From: a virus
Taxonomy: Duplodnaviria; Caudoviricetes
IMG/VR virus record: IMGVR_UViG_3300017780_002487
Span: 1-36,309 of that record
Strand: one strand, 5' to 3'
DNA: 36,309 nucleotides
Below the pieces are notes generated by a model. That model was not told the origin of the DNA, did no database searches, and was given only the letters and a program-made list of their open reading frames with translations. A program made the position numbers and the translations under genes. This document shows positions 25,488-33,912 of this stretch, piece after piece. Position 1 is the first letter of the stretch. Each line of letters begins with the position of its first letter.

Positions 25488-27563
25488 TTAAACCAATGGC
25501 GGTGTGCCAGGTTGTTGTTCCTGTGGTTGCTGGCCTTGAAAAGCACTGCCAAGCAATTGCAAATCCTCAAACGCTTGCTTGCGATCAACCTCTGAAATTT
25601 CGGCCATCGTCTTAAGCGTCTTTGCCTGAGTTTCTTCAGCCTTGGCCACGGTCAATACAGTGTCAGCACGCGCCTTGGATGCCTCTGCATCGGCTTGGTT
25701 TGCTGCTGCCATCATGTACTGTGTCTGCGGGTCAGGCTGGGCTTGTGCGGCCTGTGCTTGCATGGCCTGCATTTCTTCCTCTGTTGGCTTAACCGCACCA
25801 ATGTTCACAAGACGCTGACGGAAGAAGTCACGAACCTCTGAAACGCCTTCGCCTTCCATGTTCATCATGGCCATTGAGCCAAGAACCTGCATTGTCTCTG
25901 GGTCTTGTGTAATGGTCATCATTCCCGTGATTGCGCGAACCGTTGCCGCTTTCTTGCTGCTGCTTGACGGACCAACATCCACGGCGATATCAAAATTGGC
26001 TTGGGACAAATCATTTTCAAATTCTGTCTCGCCAGTCTCACCGATCACAGGCCGCATCAATTCAACGGTTGAGACCTCGCCTTGCTTGCCAATCGCTTTT
26101 ATATTTCTGCCTTCTTCCACAAAAATATCTTTGGCCATGCTGAGCCAAATTTCTCCGGAGCGTTTAATCGCTTTCGCCATGTTGGACATATAGATGAAAG
26201 TTTGCATATCCAAGCGCTGCTGAATCATCTCCACGGCCTTACCGGAAATGTTGCTAACCATCTTTTCAGCATTTTCAGGGCGACCTAAAACGTCCGCCAT
26301 GTCCTGCTCTGTAACCTGCATCAATGCCACCATTGCGGGTGGAATGTTAGGCGCTGTCTTCATCCCAATCGGGCCATTAGCTACCGGCTGACCGTTCATG
26401 TCTGTCATTGGGTTTGCGAGCAAATAAGGATAGTTTTTCACGTTATCCTCTGCCCACATTACCTGATGCCCAGCCATTTGTTCGGGGGTGAAAATAGGCT
26501 TGTCCATGCTGCTGAATGCCGCAATCTCTCCAAGTTTTGAGAGTTGCATATTTTTTAGGCGTTGTGAATCCTTGGCCAAACGAACGTGCCCCATGCAGCG
26601 CTCGATGTTGTCTACGAACCACCGCTTGCCGTACACCGGAACAATAGGAATGTTCTTGCCTGCAATGTATCCGCAATCCTCCAGAACCTTGCCACCAGAA
26701 AGAATATACTTGTGCACCTTGCGGCGCTTTACTTTCTTTTTCCTGATTTCTTTTGTGCCAATTGCAGCAAGTGATTGCTCAAGGTTTTCGTCAGCTTCAA
26801 AATCAGAATCGGAATACTTTTCTTCTTCACCATCGATTGTCTCAAATACCCTGATGGTTTCCGAAACTTCTTCCACGCGGTAATACTCAGCAATATAGAC
26901 AACATTGGGGGTGTACCAATCAAACTCGGTATGCGTGATTGTTTTGGGCCAATCGCTCGGGTCATCTCCGTATTCGTCACGATAAGCGTCACGGCTCATG
27001 GAGGAAAGCACAAAACACCGTTTGGCGTCTGATTTGTCTTGACGCTTGGCATCTAAATCAAAGAAAACAGACGAGTCCGCATCAAAAATAGGCTCAATCC
27101 TAATTCTCTGACGCTCATCTTCATCGTCTTCCTCATCTTCGTATTCAGCACGAAGTCGCCAAGCGCCAAACCCACCAGCCACCGCTTCCTCAAAAGCATT
27201 GTCGTAGGCTTCTTCTGCCGTGCTATCTTGCTCATCGGCACGATAAAGACCGTCGCAGGTATCTGCGAGTGAGTCAGCCTTTTTTCCATCCTTGCTTACA
27301 AAATCAACAGTAATGCGATTATTTCTGTATTCGTTAATAATGCGAATCACTGCCAGATGGATTTTGTTTACTTCAAACTTTGGCTTATTTTCAAACTGTT
27401 CACCAAGCGGGCCCTCCCACTGCGCTCCAGCAATAGAATAAAATCTACGATCTTCCAAGCATTGCATCCGCTCATTTTTAATAGCGGATTGAATAGAATC
27501 GAACTCATTGCGAGCCGTTTCTAATACGTTATTAAAATGCTGTTCTTTAGTTAATCGAGACAT
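25488..27563 (-). CDS. Portal protein (P22 gp1 family)
   Basis: EDRRFY...G.QW...P.FEVNK...GGFGAWR...IPIVPVYG...SNISGKAV; 691 aa. Confidence 0.94.
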   Translation of the reverse strand: MSRLTKEQHFNNVLETARNEFDSIQSAIKNERMQCLEDRRFYSIAGAQWEGPLGEQFENKPKFEVNKIHLAVIRIINEYRNNRITVDFVSKDGKKADSLADTCDGLYRADEQDSTAEEAYDNAFEEAVAGGFGAWRLRAEYEDEEDDEDERQRIRIEPIFDADSSVFFDLDAKRQDKSDAKRCFVLSSMSRDAYRDEYGDDPSDWPKTITHTEFDWYTPNVVYIAEYYRVEEVSETIRVFETIDGEEEKYSDSDFEADENLEQSLAAIGTKEIRKKKVKRRKVHKYILSGGKVLEDCGYIAGKNIPIVPVYGKRWFVDNIERCMGHVRLAKDSQRLKNMQLSKLGEIAAFSSMDKPIFTPEQMAGHQVMWAEDNVKNYPYLLANPMTDMNGQPVANGPIGMKTAPNIPPAMVALMQVTEQDMADVLGRPENAEKMVSNISGKAVEMIQQRLDMQTFIYMSNMAKAIKRSGEIWLSMAKDIFVEEGRNIKAIGKQGEVSTVELMRPVIGETGETEFENDLSQANFDIAVDVGPSSSSKKAATVRAITGMMTITQDPETMQVLGSMAMMNMEGEGVSEVRDFFRQRLVNIGAVKPTEEEMQAMQAQAAQAQPDPQTQYMMAAANQADAEASKARADTVLTVAKAEETQAKTLKTMAEISEVDRKQAFEDLQLLGSAFQGQQPQEQQPGTPPLV

Positions 27564-27587
27564 AATTCCCTTTAGTTTCTTTATTCT

Positions 27588-28811
27588 CTACCATTTGTTA
27601 CTTGTTGGCAACGGCACGAATATTTTAGGCTTATTTGTAACCGCCCTTCTGACACCCTCACAAGCATATCTTAATGCGTCAATTATGTGGTTTTTCTTGT
27701 CATCCAGAAGTGGAAGTATATTGCCTGTTAGTTTGTCGATCTTATAACTGTAAAGCGTCAATTCGTCAATTGTATGTTTACACCTTGGATGCACAACAAT
27801 ATCGTAGGTTTTTAAAAACTCTATGCCTTCCTCTAATGACTTTGGACCCTTTACCGCTGGCATAATCTTTGGAAAGCCGTTTCGCCTCATGTGCGATATT
27901 GTCTCTGGCCTTGCAGAGTCAGCCACCATTGGCCACTTTTCAGAATCAGGAACAGTAAAAAATAAGTCCGGAGTGTCCATGATCTCGCAGCCAACCCGAT
28001 AAACTTCATGGTCGATGTATAAAGTTCTGCCAATAACATGACAACGAACCAAAACAGTCGGATCCACTGAAAACCCCCAATCCGCCCCGAGCCTATGCGT
28101 TACATCTGCTGGCGCCTCGAATTCCTCTATTCGCCAATTATGGAAAACCCGCGAATTGCTGTTCTTGTTGTACTGGCCAAGCCAAACGTGGGCATACTTG
28201 TCTGGGTCTCGGCGCTTGTCGTACTCCATTTCAGCCCGTAGAACCTCTGGGAGCCACGGATTGTCCATATAATTAACTTCTATTACCACGGCTTCAGGCG
28301 GCCTTGTATCGCCCTTTAATAGCGCGTCTACTGGGTCAGTCGCTTTGTTCGGATTCCAAGTGAACCACAATTCGGAATTCGGCTTTCGGATTGTCGGGCG
28401 AAGCAAGTCTAATGAACGCTGGCTTAAACTCTGCGCTTCTTCAACCCATGCGCAATCGTATCCCTCCAGTGACTTGATAGAATCTGCCGTATGGTTTTGC
28501 ATGCCTTGGAAGATAATCATCCCGTCACCCTTGCGTGACTTAATAACGGATTCCTGAACCTCAAAATATGCACCGGCGTTCATTTGCTCTATCTTGGTTT
28601 CCAGCAGACGCTTCACCGACTGATTCAGAGACTTTTGAATTTCACGAACGCACACGCTTCTACGCTTGGCATCCATAATGTGCGCCTCGATCATCAACTC
28701 AGCGAACAAATGTGATTTCCCTGATCCCCTACCTCCCCATGCGCCCTTGTAACGGCTTGGCTCAAGCAAGGGGATAGCCCACTCTGGCGTTTTAAGCTGA
28801 AGTGTTGTCAC
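27588..28811 (-). CDS. terL: Terminase large subunit (PBSX family)
   Basis: Walker A GGRGSGKS, Walker B WVEEAQ, TWNP, nuclease GADWG...NHIIDALRY. Confidence 0.96.
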   Translation of the reverse strand: MTTLQLKTPEWAIPLLEPSRYKGAWGGRGSGKSHLFAELMIEAHIMDAKRRSVCVREIQKSLNQSVKRLLETKIEQMNAGAYFEVQESVIKSRKGDGMIIFQGMQNHTADSIKSLEGYDCAWVEEAQSLSQRSLDLLRPTIRKPNSELWFTWNPNKATDPVDALLKGDTRPPEAVVIEVNYMDNPWLPEVLRAEMEYDKRRDPDKYAHVWLGQYNKNSNSRVFHNWRIEEFEAPADVTHRLGADWGFSVDPTVLVRCHVIGRTLYIDHEVYRVGCEIMDTPDLFFTVPDSEKWPMVADSARPETISHMRRNGFPKIMPAVKGPKSLEEGIEFLKTYDIVVHPRCKHTIDELTLYSYKIDKLTGNILPLLDDKKNHIIDALRYACEGVRRAVTNKPKIFVPLPTSNKW

Positions 28812-29221
28812 GGCTTAACAATCACTCGCTCTATTCTTTGAACTAAAGGGCTTTCTGGGTTCCCAGATACCTCTATTTTGTCACCGTATTTTCTTGGTGC
28901 AAGTTTTGCAAGCAGCCATTTTCGAGTATCGACCTGGAGCCTTTGTTTTTGAACTGCTCCAGAATCCGTAGCTCCTGAGTCTGTCGTCCCTACTGGCTCG
29001 TCTGCAATTTCAATAGCGTCGTTTGCAATTCGCTCTATTAAATCATCACGCGCACGCATGTACTTGTCAGCAAGGCTTTTATCCTCACTAACCCAAAGTA
29101 AAAACGTACTGTTCGGAATACCTGCTTTTTTGCAAGACTTAAAACAACTAAGCCCGTGATTTGACATGCCTTCAAGCACTTTTTTGATAATTTCTTCTTT
29201 TTGAGCGTGTGGCTTACTCAT
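28808..29221 (-). CDS. terS: Terminase small subunit (Sf6 gp1-like)
   Basis: HTH N-terminus, Y.RAR...EIAD...RLQVDTRKWLLAKLAPRKYGDK. Confidence 0.9.
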   Translation of the reverse strand: MSKPHAQKEEIIKKVLEGMSNHGLSCFKSCKKAGIPNSTFLLWVSEDKSLADKYMRARDDLIERIANDAIEIADEPVGTTDSGATDSGAVQKQRLQVDTRKWLLAKLAPRKYGDKIEVSGNPESPLVQRIERVIVKP

Positions 29222-29284
29222 TTAATACCTTTCTCCGCAAACAGTGCGGGTCTGAGGTATTACGATAACTGATTTTTGAGCAAT

Positions 29285-29304
29285 AAAAAAGGGGCTTTCG
29301 CCCC
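29285..29304 (-). terminator. Rho-independent terminator separating early and late genes
   Basis: GGGGC-GAAA-GCCCC-TTTTTT on the minus strand. Confidence 0.8.
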
Positions 29305-29392
29305 GTGGTTTAGTCAATTATTTTTTACGGCCTTCTCCACAACCCGAGCAAACCTCCGCATAGCAGGATTCCGCTGATGTATTCGGCCCAAC

Positions 29393-29650
29393 TCATTCTT
29401 GCCTCTCTAAACTCGCCGCTGCAATGAATGCTGTGTACAGTTCTCCCACCGTATCAAACTCTTCATTGGTTGCCAGAAGCATGAACGAATTCTCGCCCTT
29501 GCCCCACTCACAAGTGTCGGGGTTGCGTGGGGTGTAGAGTTGTCTGGCGATTCCGTATTCCTCATTAACGTACTGGCGAAGCGCGTGGTCATCTGCGGAG
29601 TATCCAAATTTGTACTGCATAGGCAGTAGCCTGAATTCTTCAAGCGTCAT
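29393..29650 (-). CDS. Hypothetical protein (85 aa)
   Basis: ATGA-coupled within the operon. Confidence 0.6.
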   Translation of the reverse strand: MTLEEFRLLPMQYKFGYSADDHALRQYVNEEYGIARQLYTPRNPDTCEWGKGENSFMLLATNEEFDTVGELYTAFIAAASLERQE

Positions 29651-29814
29651 TTCTCACCATCCTTTTTTGAAACTGCCTTGCACTCATAAACAGTGTCGCC
29701 AACGTAGAACTTCCCCAGTTTGTCGCACTCTTTTGCTACTTCGTTGTGAGCAATAATCCAGCCGAAAGCAAAACCACAGAGAAGCGTAGAAATCGCAATA
29801 AATCCTTCCATCAT
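29647..29814 (-). CDS. 55-aa membrane-anchored protein (not in ORF track)
   Basis: MMEGFIAISTLLCGFAFGWIIAHNEVAKECDKLGKFYVGDTVYECKAVSKKDGEK; ATGA overlaps at both ends. Confidence 0.7.
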   Translation of the reverse strand: MMEGFIAISTLLCGFAFGWIIAHNEVAKECDKLGKFYVGDTVYECKAVSKKDGEK

Positions 29815-30329
29815 TTTTTAAACCTTGCATCTAGCATTTCATCAGTGCATTCGTATGCATCTGCTGTGCGCGGATTATATGGATCGGTGGTAGGCTTATC
29901 TGTAAATCTCCAAGTAAACTGCTCATCAACAAAAAAGTACGCTTTGTCCGGTCTTGGCGTTTCGTCAGTCAGCAGCAGGTCAATCATTAAAAACGGATAC
30001 CCAAACTGCTCCAAATAAAGCCCCTTCATAATCGCCAAAATCATTTTTGGGATTTTGGCTTTGCGCTCCCACAGGCTGACCATGTTTTCCGTGACCCCCA
30101 ACTTCGCGGAGCAAGTGCGTTGAGTCATCCTTAACTCCTGCCGTAGAAAACGAAACTCCGCCCCCGTCAGGAATGGCTTGGTGCAGATGTGACGCCCGAT
30201 GGCTTGATAAAGCTCCGGCAAGTCCTCAAAAACAAACTCGACTTTGAAGTTGTGAATGATTCTCTTAAAGCCATTGATGAGATAAATGTTGTTCAAACCG
30301 CATTCGATGAAGTGGTAGGGTTCAGTCAT
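29811..30329 (-). CDS. XRE-HTH protein resembling MqsA-like type II antitoxins
   Basis: YHFIECGLNNIYLING...LYQAI...LTGAEFRFLRQELRMTQ...LGV....VSLWE; start ATG 30329. Confidence 0.75.
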   Translation of the reverse strand: MTEPYHFIECGLNNIYLINGFKRIIHNFKVEFVFEDLPELYQAIGRHICTKPFLTGAEFRFLRQELRMTQRTCSAKLGVTENMVSLWERKAKIPKMILAIMKGLYLEQFGYPFLMIDLLLTDETPRPDKAYFFVDEQFTWRFTDKPTTDPYNPRTADAYECTDEMLDARFKK

Positions 30330-30579
30330 CACTGCCCCCAATCCCATGCGCGGCTTCGATGGCGCGAGCAAAGCCGTGGTCTGTGTGTTCATGCCTTGCC
30401 GCACATTCCGCTACGATCAATGTAATCTCGTCATCAGTCAGCGGTTGTCGAACAGGGCGGGTGTACAGCGGCTTCCCGATGACCTCCGCAGTGTTTGCCC
30501 CTTTGCGCAGTGAGCCTTCAATACCGCCACCAACTCGCACTGAGTAGATGACGGCAACAGGTTTTTTTTCGTCACTCAT
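30322..30579 (-). CDS. Modular protein: KPVA + unique segment + FARAIE module
   Basis: MSDEKKPVAV...PLYTRPVRQPLTDDEI...FARAIEAAHGIGG. Confidence 0.7.
   Translation of the reverse strand: MSDEKKPVAVIYSVRVGGGIEGSLRKGANTAEVIGKPLYTRPVRQPLTDDEITLIVAECAARHEHTDHGFARAIEAAHGIGGSDD
30335..30451. repeat. Diverged 117-bp direct repeat (partner 31617-31733)
   Basis: Gap-free alignment at offset 1282, encoding RQPLT...AECAARHEHTD.GFARAIE.AHGIG. Confidence 0.85.
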
Positions 30580-30929
30580 AACCCAGCCTCCTTCGCCGCT
30601 GCCAGTGCTGCTTTGGCTTCGTCAAAGTCAAACCACCCTTCCGTATAACGCTGCGCTTGATAAAGCAAGTCATCCAACGCCTCCACCAACTGCTTCGTTA
30701 CATCAGGTGCGGGGTGGGCGTAGAGTGCCACGGCGTTAAAAGCCGCCAGCGCTCCAGACAAATCATGTCTCTTTTGTAGCTCTGCAACTAAGTGGTCGGC
30801 TTGCTCTTTTCTTTTGACCAGTTGGTAATCAACCACTCCGTCTCTCACCATCCACGCTACAGGATTTTGTTCATCACTCATAGTACATCTTCCTTGTCTT
30901 CTACTTCGCTCATTCGTCCTGTCCATCAT
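30576..30929 (-). CDS. Modular protein: PVAW + module A (alternative start 30881)
   Basis: MSDEQNPVAWMVRDGVVDYQL...ALYAHP. Confidence 0.7.
   Translation of the reverse strand: MMDRTNERSRRQGRCTMSDEQNPVAWMVRDGVVDYQLVKRKEQADHLVAELQKRHDLSGALAAFNAVALYAHPAPDVTKQLVEALDDLLYQAQRYTEGWFDFDEAKAALAAAKEAGL
30720..30854. repeat. Near-identical 135-bp direct repeat (partner 32614-32748)
   Basis: Offset 1894, one mismatch seen (gaccagttgg vs gaccaattgg). Confidence 0.92.
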
Positions 30930-31246
30930 TTCCTCCTAGCCCGATTAGGCGACACTGTACTGCAGCCGTCGCCGTTGCCGTCGCCGTAGCCGTAGCAGTT
31001 GCCGTCGCCGTAGTCGTCGCCGTAGCCGTAGCCGTAGCCGTAGTCGTCGCCGTAGCCGTAGCCGTAGCCGTCGCCGTCGCCGTCGCCGTAGCCGTAGCAG
31101 TTGCCGTAGTCGTTGCCGTCGCCGTAGCCGTTGCCGTCGCCGTCGCCGTCGCCGTCGCCGTTGCCGTAGCCGTTGCTATAGCCGTAGCCGTCGCCGTAGC
31201 CGTAGCCGTAGCCGTCGCCGTAGCCGACAGGTCTGAACTGATCCAT
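30926..31246 (-). CDS. Gly-(Tyr/Asp/Asn) repeat protein
   Basis: MDQFRPV(GYGDG...)n; TAATG coupling to the upstream gene. Confidence 0.75.
   Translation of the reverse strand: MDQFRPVGYGDGYGYGYGDGYGYSNGYGNGDGDGDGDGNGYGDGNDYGNCYGYGDGDGDGYGYGYGDDYGYGYGYGDDYGDGNCYGYGDGNGDGCSTVSPNRARRK
30965..31225. repeat. Hexamer microsatellite (GCCGTN)n, about 43 units
   Basis: gccgta/gccgtc/gccgtt units in tandem. Confidence 0.95.
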
Positions 31247-31551
31247 TACAACCCCCATCCGTCTTCAACTGGCACACAGAAAATCTCTGCGCCTTCGGGC
31301 ATGTCTACGCCATTTGGCATTGGCTTGAGTGTCACATTTGTCGACTTAGGTTCTGCGATCATGCCGTCGAACCCAATGCTTTCCCAGCGAAACACATGAA
31401 TCGCACGAGACAGTTTGATGCGTCCATTTTCGCGTGTTACGTCACCAGCAAAAATCCAACCTCGGTCAACTACGATAACAGCGCGGCTGCCTACGATGCG
31501 AGGTTGTGCCTCAGTTGCAGGGATGTACTCAATACCGTTGATGTTGATCAT
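31246..31551 (-). CDS. DUF6948-like small beta protein
   Basis: VIVVDRGWIFAG......IKLSRA.HVFRW...G; GGAG RBS. Confidence 0.65.
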   Translation of the reverse strand: MININGIEYIPATEAQPRIVGSRAVIVVDRGWIFAGDVTRENGRIKLSRAIHVFRWESIGFDGMIAEPKSTNVTLKPMPNGVDMPEGAEIFCVPVEDGWGL

Positions 31552-31606
31552 TTGATACTCCTTTGTGTGTTAAAAAATTGCGCCAAATCCAAAACTTTTT
31601 CACGGT

Positions 31607-31918
31607 TCATTCCGTACCCCCAATCCCATGCGCTTGTTCAATGGCACGGGCAAATCCATAGTCCGTATGCTCATGCCTTGCCGCACACTCCGCAATAACT
31701 GATGTAATTTGGTCTTCAGTTAGCGGTTGTCGAGCAGCGGGTGCAGGCTGGGTGTACAAAGCACGAACCTCATAAGCCCAGTCATGCAGCACTGGCACCC
31801 TTAAAAAATATTTGTATATTGACTTATGGCATTCTCTCCACGCTGACCAAGGATATTTGTCGTCGGTTGTTGGTCTAGTTCTGTACTGGTAAAAAATTGG
31901 TTTTTGTTCATCACTCAT
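31607..31918 (-). CDS. Modular protein: KP + unique segment + FARAIE module
   Basis: MSDEQKPIFYQYR...ALYTQPAPAARQPLTEDQI...FARAIEQAHGIGG. Confidence 0.7.
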   Translation of the reverse strand: MSDEQKPIFYQYRTRPTTDDKYPWSAWRECHKSIYKYFLRVPVLHDWAYEVRALYTQPAPAARQPLTEDQITSVIAECAARHEHTDYGFARAIEQAHGIGGTE

Positions 31919-32121
31919 CTTACTTCCTCTAATGCTCGTTTAACGTGTTTCTTTTTGTACTGTGAAAAGATTTTGATAATATCTTCGTCAAACAGGTAAT
32001 GATGATTCCGCAGAGCATGGTCTCCTAGAAACTCGCTGATCTCTTCCACTATCTTTTGAAACTTTTCTTCTTTCATTTTCTGTTTCTCCAAAAAACAATT
32101 TGATATTGTCTTAAAGTACAA
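31915..32121 (-). CDS. Hypothetical protein (start may be downstream, MKEEKF)
   Basis: ATGA overlap with the next gene. Confidence 0.5.
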   Translation of the reverse strand: MYFKTISNCFLEKQKMKEEKFQKIVEEISEFLGDHALRNHHYLFDEDIIKIFSQYKKKHVKRALEEVR

Positions 32122-32127
32122 TGTTTA

Positions 32128-32343
32128 TTAGCCACGGATTTGAACAATGACTCTACCATTCATGTTAGGATATTTTGCACGGTCTTCTGGGCTAGCAAAA
32201 CTAAGAATATCACTGGCGTCAAAATCAACATCTGTCATACGCATGTAATTACCATAGCCACAAGTTTCTTCTACTCCGCATTGGACTTCTGCATCTTTAG
32301 GCAATGTCTTAAGCCATTCAATCATTTGAGCTACTGTTGTCAT
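32128..32343 (-). CDS. Hypothetical protein
   Basis: TVAQMIEWLKTLPKDAEV, a common phage N-terminus; GAGGAG RBS. Confidence 0.7.
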   Translation of the reverse strand: MTTVAQMIEWLKTLPKDAEVQCGVEETCGYGNYMRMTDVDFDASDILSFASPEDRAKYPNMNGRVIVQIRG

Positions 32344-32361
32344 TTTGATCTCCTCATTTAT

Positions 32362-32775
32362 TCACCATCCTTCCCCCCTTGCTGCTGCGAGCGCTGCTGT
32401 AAGTTCTTGCTGAGGGCGGTGAAGTCGAAGCATGGTTACTTCATCTACAGAGTTCCACTTAGGCTCTGGGCATCCACAACATTCATTGCCGCCCCTGCCG
32501 CAGCATACTGGCTCTGCCCTCTGGTACGCTTCCCATGCAACGGACTGCATTGCTTCAAGTGCAGACTCTGCCGCCTCCACCAACTGCTTTACCACAGCGG
32601 GGTTGTGGTGGGTGTAGAGTGCCACGGCGTTAAAAGCCGCCAGCGCTCCAGACAAATCATGTCTCTTTTGTAGCTCTGCAACTAAGTGGTCGGCTTGCTC
32701 TTTTCTTTTGACCAATTGGTAATCAACCACTCCGTCTCTCACCATCCAAGCCACTGGCTTTTGTTCATTATTCAT
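32362..32775 (-). CDS. Modular protein: KPVAW + module A + Cys-rich module
   Basis: Shares the 135-bp repeat; CCGRGGNECCGCPEP. Confidence 0.7.
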   Translation of the reverse strand: MNNEQKPVAWMVRDGVVDYQLVKRKEQADHLVAELQKRHDLSGALAAFNAVALYTHHNPAVVKQLVEAAESALEAMQSVAWEAYQRAEPVCCGRGGNECCGCPEPKWNSVDEVTMLRLHRPQQELTAALAAARGEGW

Positions 32776-33026
32776 TTCTTCCCTTTCGGTGGTATTACGG
32801 TGTAGCCAATTGAGCGCAAGTATTTAACTCCCCGGTCAATTTCTTCGTCATACGTCTTGTCGATTGCCCAGAATCCCTGCTTTGTTCGCTTAACCTTCAT
32901 TCTTTGTAGTGGCGCCTTCATCAACCCCCACAACCTATTTTTAGTCAGACCAGTAGCGACCTCGATTTCCTCGCTCGTCATTGGCCTTGCAGAAAGCAAA
33001 GTTAAAATTTCGTCGGTCTTTGTCAT
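32772..33026 (-). CDS. Putative winged-HTH protein
   Basis: EILTLLSARPMTSEEIEVATGL; start ATG 33026 by ATGA overlap. Confidence 0.55.
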   Translation of the reverse strand: MTKTDEILTLLSARPMTSEEIEVATGLTKNRLWGLMKAPLQRMKVKRTKQGFWAIDKTYDEEIDRGVKYLRSIGYTVIPPKGKK

Positions 33027-33343
33027 ACCAACACCGCTAATTGTGCCCATGGCGTGCCTTGAATCTGCTTTTTAAATTTCCTCATCTGCTCAAACGTGGC
33101 CGTAGGAACAAAATCACTTTTCGCCTTTGGCTCTGGTGGCTTTATCCTGTACGTAAACTCGGTTGTAAGCGTCTTTTTAACCTTGCCTACACCCTCAACT
33201 ACACCTTTACGCTTTAAGGTCTGTATGCGTCCCTGAACCACTCTTTTTTCCTCGCCCAGCAATTCAGCGATCTGGGTGGCTGATGCAACCTTTAATTTTT
33301 TGAGCATTTCAATAACCTGGCACTCTTTTTTACCGGTAATCAT
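33023..33343 (-). CDS. Winged-HTH DNA-binding protein
   Basis: VIEMLKK...SATQIAELLG....VQGRIQTLKRKGVV; start ATG 33343 after CAACAGGGG. Confidence 0.65.
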   Translation of the reverse strand: MITGKKECQVIEMLKKLKVASATQIAELLGEEKRVVQGRIQTLKRKGVVEGVGKVKKTLTTEFTYRIKPPEPKAKSDFVPTATFEQMRKFKKQIQGTPWAQLAVLV

Positions 33344-33360
33344 TTTCTTTCCCCTGTTGA

Positions 33361-33525
33361 TTAACAATAAAGTTCTTCGTTTTCTTCCATGAATCTAACT
33401 GCGTCTGCTTCGCTGTCAAATTTCTTTACAAAGTAAACTCTGCAAAACCCATAATCATCCAAGACCTCTTGGCTAACCATGTACACGGGCTTTTCTTCTT
33501 GCCAAACTTCCATGAATAAACTCAT
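33361..33525 (-). CDS. 54-aa acidic protein (not in ORF track)
   Basis: MSLFMEVWQEEKPVYMVSQEVLDDYGFCRVYFVKKFDSEADAVRFMEENEELYC; 13 D/E vs 5 K/R; directly after the repeated promoter. Confidence 0.7.
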   Translation of the reverse strand: MSLFMEVWQEEKPVYMVSQEVLDDYGFCRVYFVKKFDSEADAVRFMEENEELYC

Positions 33526-33541
33526 TTTTTTTCCCTGTTGC

Positions 33542-33573
33542 GTTGCGATGAAAGGATATTAACACACTAATAT
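33542..33573 (-). promoter_or_regulatory. 32-bp promoter/operator repeat, copy 1
   Basis: gttgcgatgaaaggatattaacacactaatat; minus strand TGTTAATAT extended -10-like; palindrome ATATTA-N6-TAATAT. Confidence 0.75.
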
Positions 33574-33591
33574 AAGAAAAGGTTAGAAATC

Positions 33592-33912
33592 TTAAAAATT
33601 AACAATAAAATTTTTCACGGAAATAATATGTCCTTTATCGTTCCTGGTTGCCGTACTACCCGTATCAGGAGCGACTACATCACTTCTGCCAACAACGGCA
33701 GAAATAACCAGACCACTCACGATATAAACTGTTCCCTCTGCTGGGGATGGCAATCCAACAACATCACCAAAACTTTGCTTATACGTCACTACACCCGCAA
33801 CTTCCCCGACCACTGTTTGCACGGTAGACACCCTTGCAACCTCTCCACTTGCTGGAAAAGTACCCAACCCTTCCACACTTATAGCGTGTGGGGTTAAATT
33901 GATAAATTTCAT
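33592..33912 (-). CDS. NLTPH-motif protein (candidate Crn4-like ring nuclease)
   Basis: INLTPHAI...SG.VARV...GLP.P.EG..YIVS......R.DV.AP...R...G.I. Confidence 0.5.
   Translation of the reverse strand: MKFINLTPHAISVEGLGTFPASGEVARVSTVQTVVGEVAGVVTYKQSFGDVVGLPSPAEGTVYIVSGLVISAVVGRSDVVAPDTGSTATRNDKGHIISVKNFIVNF

Noticed and set aside
7513-28557. Numerous plus-strand ORFs in the ORF track across the structural region
   Set aside because: Antisense shadows of well-supported minus-strand genes, with no recognisable motifs
29313-29396. Short frames MSWAEYISGILLCGGLLGLWRRP and ...RRFARVVEKAVKNN before the terminator
   Set aside because: Too short to call; the second may be a vestige of a FARAIE-type module but the evidence is weak
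30965-31225. Gly-rich repeat as collagen or an RTX motif
   Set aside because: The period is 2 residues (G-X), not G-X-Y or GGxGxDxUx
30720-32748. 135-bp repeat pair as a diversity-generating retroelement TR/VR
   Set aside because: No reverse transcriptase in the genome; only one mismatch rather than many adenine-specific changes; the repeat is N-terminal in both genes
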